A DNA stretch of 64,000 nucleotides from the NCBI GenBank assembly GCA_900546055.1, contig URBG01000001.1, positions 21,169 to 85,168 of the forward strand, in the 5' to 3' direction. A program made the position numbers and the translations under genes. Within the stretch, counting starts at the first letter, position 1, and each line of letters opens with the position of its first letter. The notes under the pieces were generated by a model, which was not told the origin of the DNA, searched no databases, and saw nothing but the letters and a program-made list of their open reading frames with translations. Shown piece after piece: positions 29,549 through 38,533 of this stretch. This stretch comes from an uncultured Mycoplasmatota bacterium. Lineage in GTDB: Bacteria; Bacillota_I; Bacilli_A; RF39; UBA660.

Positions 29549-31280
29549 TGCTACACTCCTTTTTTAAATCGATAATTTTTTGGGCAATTTCGGCTTTTTT
29601 TAATGGATCTATTTCATTTTTCATTTGATTCTTCAAACGATTGGTTTCAGTCTTAACATTATAATCCTTAATAGCCTTAATATAGTCCTCTATTTCTTTT
29701 AAACTATAATTTTCATCAAGATTGGCATTTTGAACTTTAGCTATGGTGTTCAAGATATCCTTATCACATTCGATATAATCGATTAGATCAGCTTGGTTAA
29801 TAAAACCGTTTTCTTTGTGAAATAGGCTTATTTCTCGAGCTAACAAACGATATTCCTCAGTTGGCATGTATGTAACTTTGTTGTTATACATTTTAATGAC
29901 TTCAGGGCTATGAAGCATATGAAATAATAAGTTTCTCTCAGCTATTTCGTATTTAGATGTTTTTATTTTTTGGGTTGGTTTAACAACTTTGGGTTTGTCA
30001 ACTTTTCGAACTTCAAGCTTTTCTCTAATTAAATTTTCGTCGATGTTGGTTTCTTCAATTAATTTTTTTATGGTTATTTCTTTTAAAATGTCATCCTCAA
30101 TCTTACTAATTTCTTTAATAACCTCGGTAATATATTTGGCTTCATCAACACTGTTATTTAAATTTTTCCCCATTTTAAGAAATGAAAGTTTAAAATCCAT
30201 AATACTAATTGGATTATTAATTCTAATTTCAAATTCTTTAACTCCATTTTTACGAATAAATTCGTCGGGATCCATATTGTTTTCGAGGCGAATAACTTTG
30301 GGTGTAACACCAATAGCGATTAGTTCATCGGCACAAGCCATAGTGGCTTTAGCACCTGCTTCATCACCGTCAAAGCATAATATAACTTCTTTAGCGAGTT
30401 TTTTTATTAGTAAAGCTTGATTTTTGGTAACAGCAGTTCCCATAGTAGCAACGACATTTTTGATACCAACAGTATGGGCTCTAATAACATCCATAAATCC
30501 TTCCATAACAAGGATTTGGTTTTTTTGTCTAGCGCTTTCTTTAGCGCGGTGGTAGTTATATAAAAGCTCCCCTTTTTTGAATATTTCTGTTTCTCTAGTA
30601 TTGAAATATTTAGAATTATCTTCACGATTATAGATACGCCCACTATATGCAACTGCTTGTCCATTTAAATCATATAGTGGAAACATAATGCGCTCATAGA
30701 ATAAATCTAAATAACCATATTCGTTTTTATTTACGAGACCGCTTTTCATAATATCTTTTTCATTAAATTTCTTTAATAGAATTTTAGAAAGTGCATCTTT
30801 GCCTTTAAGGGCTAGTCCAATTTGAAATTCTTTAATTATTTCTTCAGTAATACCACGATTGTGAAGATATTCTTTAGCATCTTTACCAGCGGCAGTATTT
30901 ATATTATTTATATAAAATTTTAAACTTAAATCATAAATGTCGTGCAATGCTGTATGATTTTGAACTTTTGGGGCTTGTCTGATATTAACAGCAATTCCAG
31001 CAATATCGGCTACTTTTTGAACAGCTTCGCTAAATGGAATGTTTTCATAATCCATTATGAATTTGAAAACTGTTCCAGTTGCTCCACAAGAGAAACATTT
31101 ATAAATTTTTTTATCGCGATTAACACTCATGCTTGGATTGTTATCATCATGAAATGGACAAACGCCAAAAAAGTTTTTACCTTTTGGTGTTAGCGCAACA
31201 TAGTTTGATATGACATTAACAATATCAACACTGTCACGAATTTCATTGATTTTTTCTTGACTTAAAAAACTCATGGACAT
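29541..31280 (-). CDS. dnaG: DNA primase DnaG
   Basis: [13 protein letters not shown] zinc-ribbon, TOPRIM EGFMDV…DGDEAG, C-terminal DnaB-interaction domain. Confidence 0.95.
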   Translation of the reverse strand: MSMSFLSQEKINEIRDSVDIVNVISNYVALTPKGKNFFGVCPFHDDNNPSMSVNRDKKIYKCFSCGATGTVFKFIMDYENIPFSEAVQKVADIAGIAVNIRQAPKVQNHTALHDIYDLSLKFYINNINTAAGKDAKEYLHNRGITEEIIKEFQIGLALKGKDALSKILLKKFNEKDIMKSGLVNKNEYGYLDLFYERIMFPLYDLNGQAVAYSGRIYNREDNSKYFNTRETEIFKKGELLYNYHRAKESARQKNQILVMEGFMDVIRAHTVGIKNVVATMGTAVTKNQALLIKKLAKEVILCFDGDEAGAKATMACADELIAIGVTPKVIRLENNMDPDEFIRKNGVKEFEIRINNPISIMDFKLSFLKMGKNLNNSVDEAKYITEVIKEISKIEDDILKEITIKKLIEETNIDENLIREKLEVRKVDKPKVVKPTQKIKTSKYEIAERNLLFHMLHSPEVIKMYNNKVTYMPTEEYRLLAREISLFHKENGFINQADLIDYIECDKDILNTIAKVQNANLDENYSLKEIEDYIKAIKDYNVKTETNRLKNQMKNEIDPLKKAEIAQKIIDLKKECSNV

Positions 31281-31395
31281 CTACTCCCTATATATAATAT
31301 ACGACATTTACCTAGCGATTTCCTTTTTTTTTAAACAAAAAAATTATATTTTTTGACAATTTTCATATAATAATTAGTAAAAAAGAGGTGTTTTT

Positions 31396-31932
31396 GTGTC
31401 ATTGAAACGTTTAAAAGTGATTGATGTGTTTATAATTTTTGCTTTATGTTTTCTAACGCATTTTATTTATTCCTGGTTTCCTAATACTCTATTTAGTATT
31501 TTCTTTCCAGTAAATGAAAGCATATGGGAACATATGAAAATGCTTTTTTCAGCAATTATTATATTTAGTGTGGTTGATTTTATACTCCTTAAAGTATTTG
31601 AAATAGAATATCGAAACTTTATTACAAGTATATTTTTATCGGCGGTTTTAAGTATTATCATTTTTCTAGCTATTTATTTGCCCCTTTATTATTTTATAGG
31701 AGAAAATATGGTTTTAAATTTAACTGTTCTTTTTGTTTCTATAGTGTTTAGCCAAGCGGTAAGTTATTTTGTTTTAGAAAGTAAGGACTATGGTTTACTT
31801 AATTATGTCAGTTTAATTGGCATTATATTTAGTTATATTGTTTTTGGTATCTTAACTTACTATCCACCTACAGAAGATTTGTTTTACGATCCTATGGATG
31901 AAAAGTTTGGAATAAATACTTATAATGTTTAA
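31396..31932 (+). CDS. hypothetical polytopic membrane protein
   Basis: 5-6 hydrophobic helices; followed by a hairpin. Confidence 0.4.
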   Translation: MSLKRLKVIDVFIIFALCFLTHFIYSWFPNTLFSIFFPVNESIWEHMKMLFSAIIIFSVVDFILLKVFEIEYRNFITSIFLSAVLSIIIFLAIYLPLYYFIGENMVLNLTVLFVSIVFSQAVSYFVLESKDYGLLNYVSLIGIIFSYIVFGILTYYPPTEDLFYDPMDEKFGINTYNV

Positions 31933-31940
31933 ACAAGCAA

Positions 31941-31961
31941 AAAGCCCTTATTAAGGGCTTT
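31941..31961. terminator. hairpin terminator between convergent genes
   Basis: aaagccctta(t)taagggcttt palindrome; the T-rich tract lies on the comEC side. Confidence 0.5.
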
Positions 31962-31984
31962 ATCTATATAAAACGCTAAACGCA

Positions 31985-34042
31985 TTAGCGGGCAGTAGTA
32001 TAGATGATTCTATCTTTTAATATGAGTTTGACAGAACCATCTATTTGGGTAATTAGAGTGTTACTTTTTTCTAATCTTTTAAGTGTTTCTTTGTGGGGGT
32101 GACCATACAAATTATTTTTACCTGCGGATATTAAACTGATCTTAGGCCTGACAGTATTAATAAATTCGGGAGATGTGCTGCTCTTTGACCCGTGGTGTCC
32201 TACTTTTAATATATCCACGATAGGCAGTTTATATGTATTTAAAATATAACTTTCTCTTGTCTCTGATGCGTCTCCCATTAATAATATATTCTGGCTATTA
32301 ATTTTTGTATATATAATTAAACTATCATCGTTTTCATTAGATGATTTTGTCCCAGATAAAAAATTCAATGTATATCCCTTTATTTTCAAAGATTTTTCAG
32401 AGATTTTTTGATATGGTATATCTTTTTCTCGGGCTTTTTTCATAATGTTTTTTTCTAATTTATTATCGTTAGATTTATTAAAAATAATATTTTTCACCTT
32501 GAAATTATCAATTAATGATGGTGCCAGCCCAGAATGATCAAAATCACCATGGGTTAAAATCAGATAATCTATTTGTTTAATACCTTCTGATTTTAAGTAT
32601 GGAATGGTTTTGTTTTTAACAATATCGTAAACTTTATTTTTAAAATTTAACTCACCACCGGTATCAATAAGAATCGTTCCTTGATTATGCGGAAAATTTA
32701 AAAGAATACTGTCACCTTGACCGACATCGATCATCGTCATAAACGGATTATTACTTAAATAATTAATGTTTGTGTGAAAGAAAATCGAGATGACTAAAAT
32801 AATGATTCCATGCTTTTTATTTTTTGTTAAACTATACAAAACGTATGTGACTATTAAATAATAAAAAATTATACCATAAATATTTATATGCCTTAAGATA
32901 ATTTGAAAGGCAGTTATTTGACTAAAAAATAATGATAAATTTTCCATGGTTTCAATTAAAAAATATAAAATATTATCAAGTGGTTTTATAAATAGTGTTA
33001 TTAGTGAAAACGGATATACAACTAAAGAAACAAGTGGAACAAAAAATATGTTTATGAAAGGTGATAATAAATTTACTTCGAAAAAATTATTTATAGTAAT
33101 TGGAAGGCTTGATAAAAAAGCGATAAATGAAACTATAAAGGTTTTACCAAAATAATTTTTCAATTTTTTTATAAGTTTTTTAAATAGTATTAGATAAAAA
33201 GAAATTATAAAGGAAAATAAAAAACCGATATTATAAATTATGTATGGGTTATAAAAGAGATAGATGGTGACTATTAGTATAAGTAAAAAAATAGTTTTTA
33301 TTTTTAAATTAAAAGTTTTTTTGATTGTAAGAACTATAAATAAAGCGGTAGCTCTTATAACTGATGGTGTAAAATTGGTTAGAAAAGCATAAAAAAGCAA
33401 AATAAAAATTACAATAAGATAATTGAATTTTTTATGTTTTGAAAGGCGATTTAAAATAAAAAGAATAATGCTGGATAATAAGGTGATGTGCATGCCAGAA
33501 ATGGCTAATAAATGACTAATTCCATTGATTTGATAGCTATTTATAATTTCTTCATCTATATCTTTATTATTTCCTAAAATAAAAGCGTTTAAATAATCTT
33601 TACTTTTATATGTATTTATATAAGTAATAAGGTTATTTTTTATCTTATATATTTTTGATGGTTCTTTGATAACTTTTATTGTCTTGGCAGTCATAGTATA
33701 ATTTATTTTATTGCTTAGAAGATAGTTTTGATAATTAAAAAGATTAAATATGGTGTTAGGCATTGGTTCTTTTAATTCTCCGCTAATGCTGACTTTTTGG
33801 CCTAAGGTACAATTAAAATCATTGTAATAATTGACAATGATTTTTTCTTTGGCTTTTATGGTAAATTTATAACTAGTATCGATTTTTTGGCATTTCGTAA
33901 TAATTCCGATGATTTGTTTTGTATTTGAATTGTATACGCTTGTTGGATGATGGTCTAATTTGTAGATTGTAAAACTACAGCTGGCTATAAAGGCTATTAA
34001 TATTAGAATATTAAGTGGTGATATTGTTTTTAATTTTTTCAA
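31985..34042 (-). CDS. comEC: DNA internalization competence protein ComEC/Rec2 with C-terminal metallo-beta-lactamase domain
   Basis: Competence polytopic core plus C-terminal HxHxDH (LTHGDFDHSG) lactamase_B motif. Confidence 0.9.
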   Translation of the reverse strand: MKKLKTISPLNILILIAFIASCSFTIYKLDHHPTSVYNSNTKQIIGIITKCQKIDTSYKFTIKAKEKIIVNYYNDFNCTLGQKVSISGELKEPMPNTIFNLFNYQNYLLSNKINYTMTAKTIKVIKEPSKIYKIKNNLITYINTYKSKDYLNAFILGNNKDIDEEIINSYQINGISHLLAISGMHITLLSSIILFILNRLSKHKKFNYLIVIFILLFYAFLTNFTPSVIRATALFIVLTIKKTFNLKIKTIFLLILIVTIYLFYNPYIIYNIGFLFSFIISFYLILFKKLIKKLKNYFGKTFIVSFIAFLSSLPITINNFFEVNLLSPFINIFFVPLVSLVVYPFSLITLFIKPLDNILYFLIETMENLSLFFSQITAFQIILRHINIYGIIFYYLIVTYVLYSLTKNKKHGIIILVISIFFHTNINYLSNNPFMTMIDVGQGDSILLNFPHNQGTILIDTGGELNFKNKVYDIVKNKTIPYLKSEGIKQIDYLILTHGDFDHSGLAPSLIDNFKVKNIIFNKSNDNKLEKNIMKKAREKDIPYQKISEKSLKIKGYTLNFLSGTKSSNENDDSLIIYTKINSQNILLMGDASETRESYILNTYKLPIVDILKVGHHGSKSSTSPEFINTVRPKISLISAGKNNLYGHPHKETLKRLEKSNTLITQIDGSVKLILKDRIIYTTAR

Positions 34043-34688
34043 ATAATGCTTCTCCTATACCAGGGACATTTTTTATTTCTTCTATGGTTTTAAATTGGCC
34101 ATTTTTATCGCGATGTTCTATTATAGCTTTGGCTTTAGATTCACCAATACCACTTAGCGATTGTAATTCCTCGGCTGTAGCTTTGTTTATTGATATTTTA
34201 TTATTGGTGGCTTCGCTTTTGCTCGAAGTTTGTTTCTTTTCTTCAGTCAAGGGTTCTAATTGGTTAGTAATACAAGCATCGTTTATATCAGGGCATTCGC
34301 ATTTTTCTTCTTTGCCCTTTTTTAGATTTTTTACTTCAGCTTTTGAATATATAAATACGACCATTTCGTCATCTAATTTTTTACTTAAATTTATAATTGA
34401 AGTGTCAGCATTTTTGGTTAAACCACCAGCTTTATTTATAAGGTCATCTACCCTATCGTTTTTGTTTAGTTCATATATTCCGGGTGCATTGACTTCACCT
34501 TTGAGATCTACTTTAATTTTTGATGGTGTTTCTTCTTTCTTTGGTGTTTCTAAAACTTCTTCATTTGATTCTTTACTTTCAAACTCAATTAAAGTTAAGG
34601 TATAAATATTTAAGGCGAGTAATCCCAAAATAATGATAACTGCAATAATCATATTACGATGCTCCAACAATTTATCTTTTAATTCCAT
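34011..34688 (-). CDS. comEA: competence protein ComEA (TM anchor, SLBB-like domain, Cys-containing insert, tandem HhH)
   Basis: C-terminal INKATAEELQSLSGIGESKAKAIIEHR…IEEIKNVPGIGEALFEKIK helix-hairpin-helix pair. Confidence 0.8.
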   Translation of the reverse strand: MELKDKLLEHRNMIIAVIIILGLLALNIYTLTLIEFESKESNEEVLETPKKEETPSKIKVDLKGEVNAPGIYELNKNDRVDDLINKAGGLTKNADTSIINLSKKLDDEMVVFIYSKAEVKNLKKGKEEKCECPDINDACITNQLEPLTEEKKQTSSKSEATNNKISINKATAEELQSLSGIGESKAKAIIEHRDKNGQFKTIEEIKNVPGIGEALFEKIKNNITT

Positions 34689-34779
34689 GTTCCTCCTTTT
34701 TACCCCCTATTATTATCATACCGTTTTAGACTGTTATTTCCTTTTTGGACATGAAAAAAGATTAACTTTAAGGTTAATC

Positions 34780-35946
34780 TTATGTAGCTACTTTTATTTT
34801 TTGGTTTTTTGTTTCAACATTAACTCTTTGAACGAGCGCTAATGAAACAATTAATGATATTGCAAAACTTCCACCATAACTAAAGAATGGTAATGGTACT
34901 CCAGTAAGGGGAATTATACCAAATAACCCACCCATATTAATGAAAATATGAGCGAATATATATGCGGCGACACCCAAACATATATATCTTCCTCGTAAGG
35001 TTGAAGCTTTTGAAGCGATCATAGTTATACGCCATAAGATTAAAGCATAACCTAAGAAGATAAATACGCTACCGATAACGCCATATTCTTCAGCAATAAT
35101 GGCAAAGGCTGAGTCAGTATGTGGTTCTGGAATATATGAGTATTTTTGTTTACTTTTTCCTATGCCAAGTCCCATAAGACCACCATCGTTAATAGCAATA
35201 TAACTATTACAGACTTGATAACCACCTGTTTCGTATTGACCACAAGGGTCTAACCATGAAGAAAATCTTGATAAACGCGCTTCGTTTAAAACACCACCTT
35301 GTGTACTACTATATATTCCAAGGGCGGCGACACCGAGCAACAGTAAGAGTCCACCATATTTCAGCTTTTCTATTTTGAGAATTGGACTAGCAATTAGTAA
35401 AATCCCAACTATGAAAAGAATAATTAATAAAGTACCAAAGTCTTTTTGGAGAAAAACGATAGCTGGAATGGCAATCGCTATTAGCAATATTTTCCCGATC
35501 ATTTCATAATGTGGAATATTTTTTGTACGAAGTTTACGATAATACTTTTCAAATAAAATAGCTAGAAAAGCGATGATTACGGGTTTAGAAAGTTCGCTTG
35601 GCTGGATTTTGACAAATTTAAGGTCTATCCAGTTATTACTACCGGCGACGGCTTCTGATTTCCAAGCAATAATATTTAGAATAATTAATAGTATAAACAT
35701 TAAGGGAACTAAAGTTTTGTATTTTTTTGTGTCAACTTTTAAAATTATTAAAGCTCCTACAACTCCAACAATAATGAACATTAGCTGTTTAAAGAAATAA
35801 TAATATATTGAAACGTCATAATTAACTACGGCCGCACGGCTTGAAGCAGTAACTATGGTTAATAATCCAAAGACAAAACCCACTATGGTGGTTATCAATA
35901 GTGGCTTATCTAAATCTTTAAAAATTTTCCTAAATGACTGGTTCAT
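34780..35946 (-). CDS. FtsW/RodA/SpoVE-family peptidoglycan glycosyltransferase
   Basis: 10-TM SEDS protein with the large extracytoplasmic loop before the last TM helices. Confidence 0.85.
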   Translation of the reverse strand: MNQSFRKIFKDLDKPLLITTIVGFVFGLLTIVTASSRAAVVNYDVSIYYYFFKQLMFIIVGVVGALIILKVDTKKYKTLVPLMFILLIILNIIAWKSEAVAGSNNWIDLKFVKIQPSELSKPVIIAFLAILFEKYYRKLRTKNIPHYEMIGKILLIAIAIPAIVFLQKDFGTLLIILFIVGILLIASPILKIEKLKYGGLLLLLGVAALGIYSSTQGGVLNEARLSRFSSWLDPCGQYETGGYQVCNSYIAINDGGLMGLGIGKSKQKYSYIPEPHTDSAFAIIAEEYGVIGSVFIFLGYALILWRITMIASKASTLRGRYICLGVAAYIFAHIFINMGGLFGIIPLTGVPLPFFSYGGSFAISLIVSLALVQRVNVETKNQKIKVAT

Positions 35947-36091
35947 TTTTTAGCTCCTATCATATAATATGATAGCACAATATTTGTAGTTTTTGAATGA
36001 AAAAAATATAAAAAACAAAAATTAGGTGTTTTTAATAGTCGTTATGTGTTAAGAGACGTACACTATACTAGAATAGATAGGAGGTTGTTAT

Positions 36092-36262
36092 ATGTATTAC
36101 TATGGTGGTTATCAAGGTTATGGATGCGGTAACCAATGCGGTGGCGGCTGTCAAGGCGGCGGTGGTTACGGCGCAGGCTATGGAGCAGCTATTATCTTAG
36201 TTCTATTCATTTTATTAGTAATCATTATCGGTGCTCGTGCATTCGGTAACGGCAACTATTAG
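36092..36262 (+). CDS. YjcZ-like small protein (56 aa; Gly/Tyr/Cys-rich N-terminus plus hydrophobic IILVLFILLVIIIGA tail)
   Basis: Missing from the ORF track (under 60 aa). GGAGG RBS at 36080-36084, 7 nt before the ATG; terminator immediately downstream. Resembles the YjcZ sporulation-protein family from memory. Confidence 0.55.
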   Translation: MYYYGGYQGYGCGNQCGGGCQGGGGYGAGYGAAIILVLFILLVIIIGARAFGNGNY

Positions 36263-36290
36263 GAAGTTAAGAGGTTTCTAACTTCTTTTT
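36263..36290 (+). terminator. rho-independent terminator
   Basis: gaagtta…taacttc stem followed by TTTTT. Confidence 0.5.
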
Positions 36291-36295
36291 AAAGG

Positions 36296-36326
36296 AAAAA
36301 AGCACTATAATTTAGTGCTTTTTTTT
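36296..36326. terminator. bidirectional terminator
   Basis: A-run, agcacta / tagtgct stem, T7-run. Confidence 0.5.
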
Positions 36327-36335
36327 GTAATTTTA

Positions 36336-36800
36336 TTATTTTTTTATTAATTTATGACCTTGTGGTTTATAAGATTCTAATCCTTTTTGCTCTTTATCAT
36401 GGACAATGCCAAAGTATTCTTCTAAAATTTCTTGTTCTGTCATTCCGGAAGCCAAGCCATAATTAGCTATAGAATCAATGACATAAGTTAAAGTAGAACT
36501 TTTAATGCAAAAGTCAATAAGCGCTCCTGAGGTTGACGAAATACCAAAAATAGTTATTGGATAATCTTTATCTTCGTTCGCTGTAGCTAAAGGAATCTCA
36601 TAATCTGTAAGTACACATTCTAGAGCAAATGGATCATAATTATATATCGTTTTTAATGATTCACTCATAAAATTACTATTATATCCAGTCTCTTCGTTTG
36701 TTTGAGCGACTTTATCAAAGACTATTTCTAAGTCTTCTACTTGAGCTTTTCCTTCTGTTTTTGGACAAAATTCATTTAAATTAAGATTTTTTAATGCCAT
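36336..36800 (-). CDS. hypothetical protein
   Basis: 154 aa ORF with an RBS; no recognised family. Confidence 0.4.
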   Translation of the reverse strand: MALKNLNLNEFCPKTEGKAQVEDLEIVFDKVAQTNEETGYNSNFMSESLKTIYNYDPFALECVLTDYEIPLATANEDKDYPITIFGISSTSGALIDFCIKSSTLTYVIDSIANYGLASGMTEQEILEEYFGIVHDKEQKGLESYKPQGHKLIKK

Positions 36801-36852
36801 AATTTTCCTCCTCTTAGTAGTTTATTATACTATAGAAGAAAAAATAAGTAAA

Positions 36853-37809
36853 TTATTTTATTTCAATGGTTGTATCATCTATAAAACGATAATTCGTTTT
36901 ATACTTAAGCTCTCTGACTAATCTAAATAAGGCTTCATCTTTGGCTTTACACTCAAGCATAATGTCGACATCATGTTGCTGTTTTTTTAATATTTCAAGA
37001 AAGTCGATGAAATCATTTGCATTTATATAAGTACTATGACTGCGAAATTCTCTTTTATTCTTTGGTGATGAAAAATGCATTTTAGGTTTTAATTTCTGCT
37101 TTTCCCAGGTTTTTATAATTCTTGAAAGATAATCATTTATATCTTCTCCTTCGTTATTACATTTATAATGGTGATAGTCTAATACCATCGGAATTTTTAA
37201 AGTTTCACATATATATAAAATGTCTTTTACGTTAAAAATTTTATCATCGTTTTCTAAAATAATAAGGTCCTGAATTTTTTTATCTAGTTTTTTAAAGGTA
37301 TTAATAAATTTTTTAATAGCTTTTTCTTTATCACCAAAAGCTCCACCAACATGAAGCACTGTTTTTCCATCGATTTTCATTGCTTCAAACATTTTTTGGT
37401 GAAATTCTAACATCTCTATACTTTTTTTAATTACATCGCTTTTAGTGCTGTTTAAAACGCAAAATTGATCGGGGTGTGTATCGACTCTAAGATCGTATAA
37501 TTTAGTTAACTTGCCTAATTGTTCCCACTCTTTTTTATAAGGCTCTATGTAGTCAAAAACAACATCATTATGAGTTGCTAAAGGAATAATATTATGACTG
37601 ATGCGATAAAAGTGAATCTCATTTCTATAATTATACCAAAATATTTCTTTTAAATTTTTGAAGTTTTCGGATATTAGCTGATCTAATTTTATGTTTCCTA
37701 TTTCTTCGTTTAATTTATGATAATTTGTATAAGTTATTGTTTTTGAGGCAGTAATATCTAATGTTAATGATATTGCGACATATCCTAATCTTATTTTCAT
37801 GTAAATCAC
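36853..37809 (-). CDS. uvsE: UV DNA damage endonuclease UvsE/UvdE
   Basis: Collinear with B. subtilis UvsE from memory: IPLATH, HPDQF, GGAFGDK, LENDDK, DYHHY, IKTWE, HFSSPK, IMLECKAKD. Confidence 0.85.
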   Translation of the reverse strand: MIYMKIRLGYVAISLTLDITASKTITYTNYHKLNEEIGNIKLDQLISENFKNLKEIFWYNYRNEIHFYRISHNIIPLATHNDVVFDYIEPYKKEWEQLGKLTKLYDLRVDTHPDQFCVLNSTKSDVIKKSIEMLEFHQKMFEAMKIDGKTVLHVGGAFGDKEKAIKKFINTFKKLDKKIQDLIILENDDKIFNVKDILYICETLKIPMVLDYHHYKCNNEGEDINDYLSRIIKTWEKQKLKPKMHFSSPKNKREFRSHSTYINANDFIDFLEILKKQQHDVDIMLECKAKDEALFRLVRELKYKTNYRFIDDTTIEIK

Positions 37810-37847
37810 CTTTTATATTATGGATATAATCTTTAATTATATGTTAT

Positions 37848-37876
37848 TTGACATTTATTTTTGCTCATTATATAAT
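37848..37876 (+). promoter_or_regulatory. consensus sigma-A promoter upstream of def
   Basis: TTGACA 37848-37853, 17-nt spacer, TATAAT 37871-37876. Confidence 0.55.
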
Positions 37877-37961
37877 ACAAATGCTTTTTATAGGTGAAAA
37901 ACTATGTAAATAAAAGCAATTTAATTAATTAATTGCCTTAAAATATGGTAAAATATTATAT

Positions 37962-38525
37962 ATGGAAGTGATAAAAATGTTTAAAGAATTAAAAATATTA
38001 GATGAAAAGAATAAAACACTTCGCCAAGTTAGTAAAGAGGTTCAATTACCCTTATCAAAAAAGGATAAAGAAACAATTGAACATATTATAAAACAGCTTA
38101 CTTATAGTCAAATTGAAGAGTATGCGGAAAAATATGATTTACGTCCAGGGATGGGACTTGCTTTTCCACAACTTGGCCAATTAAAAAGAATTATTGTTAT
38201 TGTCTATGAATATGAGGAAGGCAAATTTAAAAATTATGTCTTTGTTAATCCAAAAATTATTAGCCATTCTGAAGAGATGGTAGCGCTTGAAACTGGTGAG
38301 GGTTGTTTGAGTGTTAATCGTGAGGTTGATGGACATGTTCCAAGATTTGCCCGCGTTACCATTAGTGGTTATGATCCTGATGGTAATAAAGTTTCAGTTA
38401 GAGCTCGTGAGGAATTAGCTGTTGCCTTCCAACACGAGATTGACCATTTAAACGGAATATTATTTTTCGATAAGATAAATAAGAAAAAACCATTTTTTAA
38501 TGAAAACGAAATTAGGTTAATCTAG
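37962..38525 (+). CDS. def: peptide deformylase
   Basis: GLAFPQLG, EGCLS, QHEIDHLNG motifs; an alternative start at 37977 is possible. Confidence 0.9.
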   Translation: MEVIKMFKELKILDEKNKTLRQVSKEVQLPLSKKDKETIEHIIKQLTYSQIEEYAEKYDLRPGMGLAFPQLGQLKRIIVIVYEYEEGKFKNYVFVNPKIISHSEEMVALETGEGCLSVNREVDGHVPRFARVTISGYDPDGNKVSVRAREELAVAFQHEIDHLNGILFFDKINKKKPFFNENEIRLI

Positions 38526-38533
38526 GAGGCATT

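Noticed and set aside
34011-34042. comEB (dCMP deaminase) between comEA and comEC; TadA at 2715..3173 considered as ComEB
   Set aside because: The deaminase is 152 aa, has the HAE…PCxxC tRNA-deaminase pattern and sits 30 kb away next to xerC/D. comEA and comEC overlap directly.
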